NCBI GenBank assembly: GCA_002269645.1
Contig: NIVC01000815.1
Location: 299,902 to 363,901 of the forward strand
Direction: 5' to 3'
Length of the DNA stretch: 64,000 nt
Origin: Macrostomum lignano
Taxonomy: Eukaryota
This document shows, in pieces, positions 63,967-64,000 of this stretch (positions are counted from its first letter, which is position 1; each line of letters opens with the position of its first letter). Below the pieces are notes generated by a model. That model saw nothing but the letters and a program-made list of their open reading frames with translations. It did no database searches and was not told the DNA's origin. A program made the translations under genes and the position numbers.

Positions 63967-64000
63967 GTGAGCTCGTTTCCATGGAGTTAAACATCCAGTG

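Overview
Eukaryotic (metazoan) genomic DNA with spliced genes and satellite-filled introns; the style suggests a flatworm such as Macrostomum (inference only). Genes assembled by hand from GT-AG boundaries: a complete 4-exon TEAD/scalloped gene (+, 440 aa), an HMG-box protein with a Q-rich tail (+, 5' end unresolved), a possible orphan 138-aa ORF (+), a complete 7-exon EFCAB1/calaxin gene (-, 216 aa), and two head-to-head paralogues of a ZAP/PARP12-like CCCH-WWE gene (33.8-41.4 kb on -, 56.8-64 kb on +), each carrying three tandem ZAP-type N-terminal zinc-finger domains. Many introns are filled by their own 15-49 bp tandem array. There are numerous non-autonomous DNA transposons, most with perfect 8-9 bp TSDs, and one CORE-type tRNA SINE. 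The most striking observation is a ~300-bp MITE family (4 copies in 5.4 kb) whose centre is a ~64-nt copy of the 28S rRNA segment that contains the R2 retrotransposon, Pokey and I-PpoI target site, scrambled exactly at the cut site. Most long ORFs in the supplied track are artefacts of tandem repeats.
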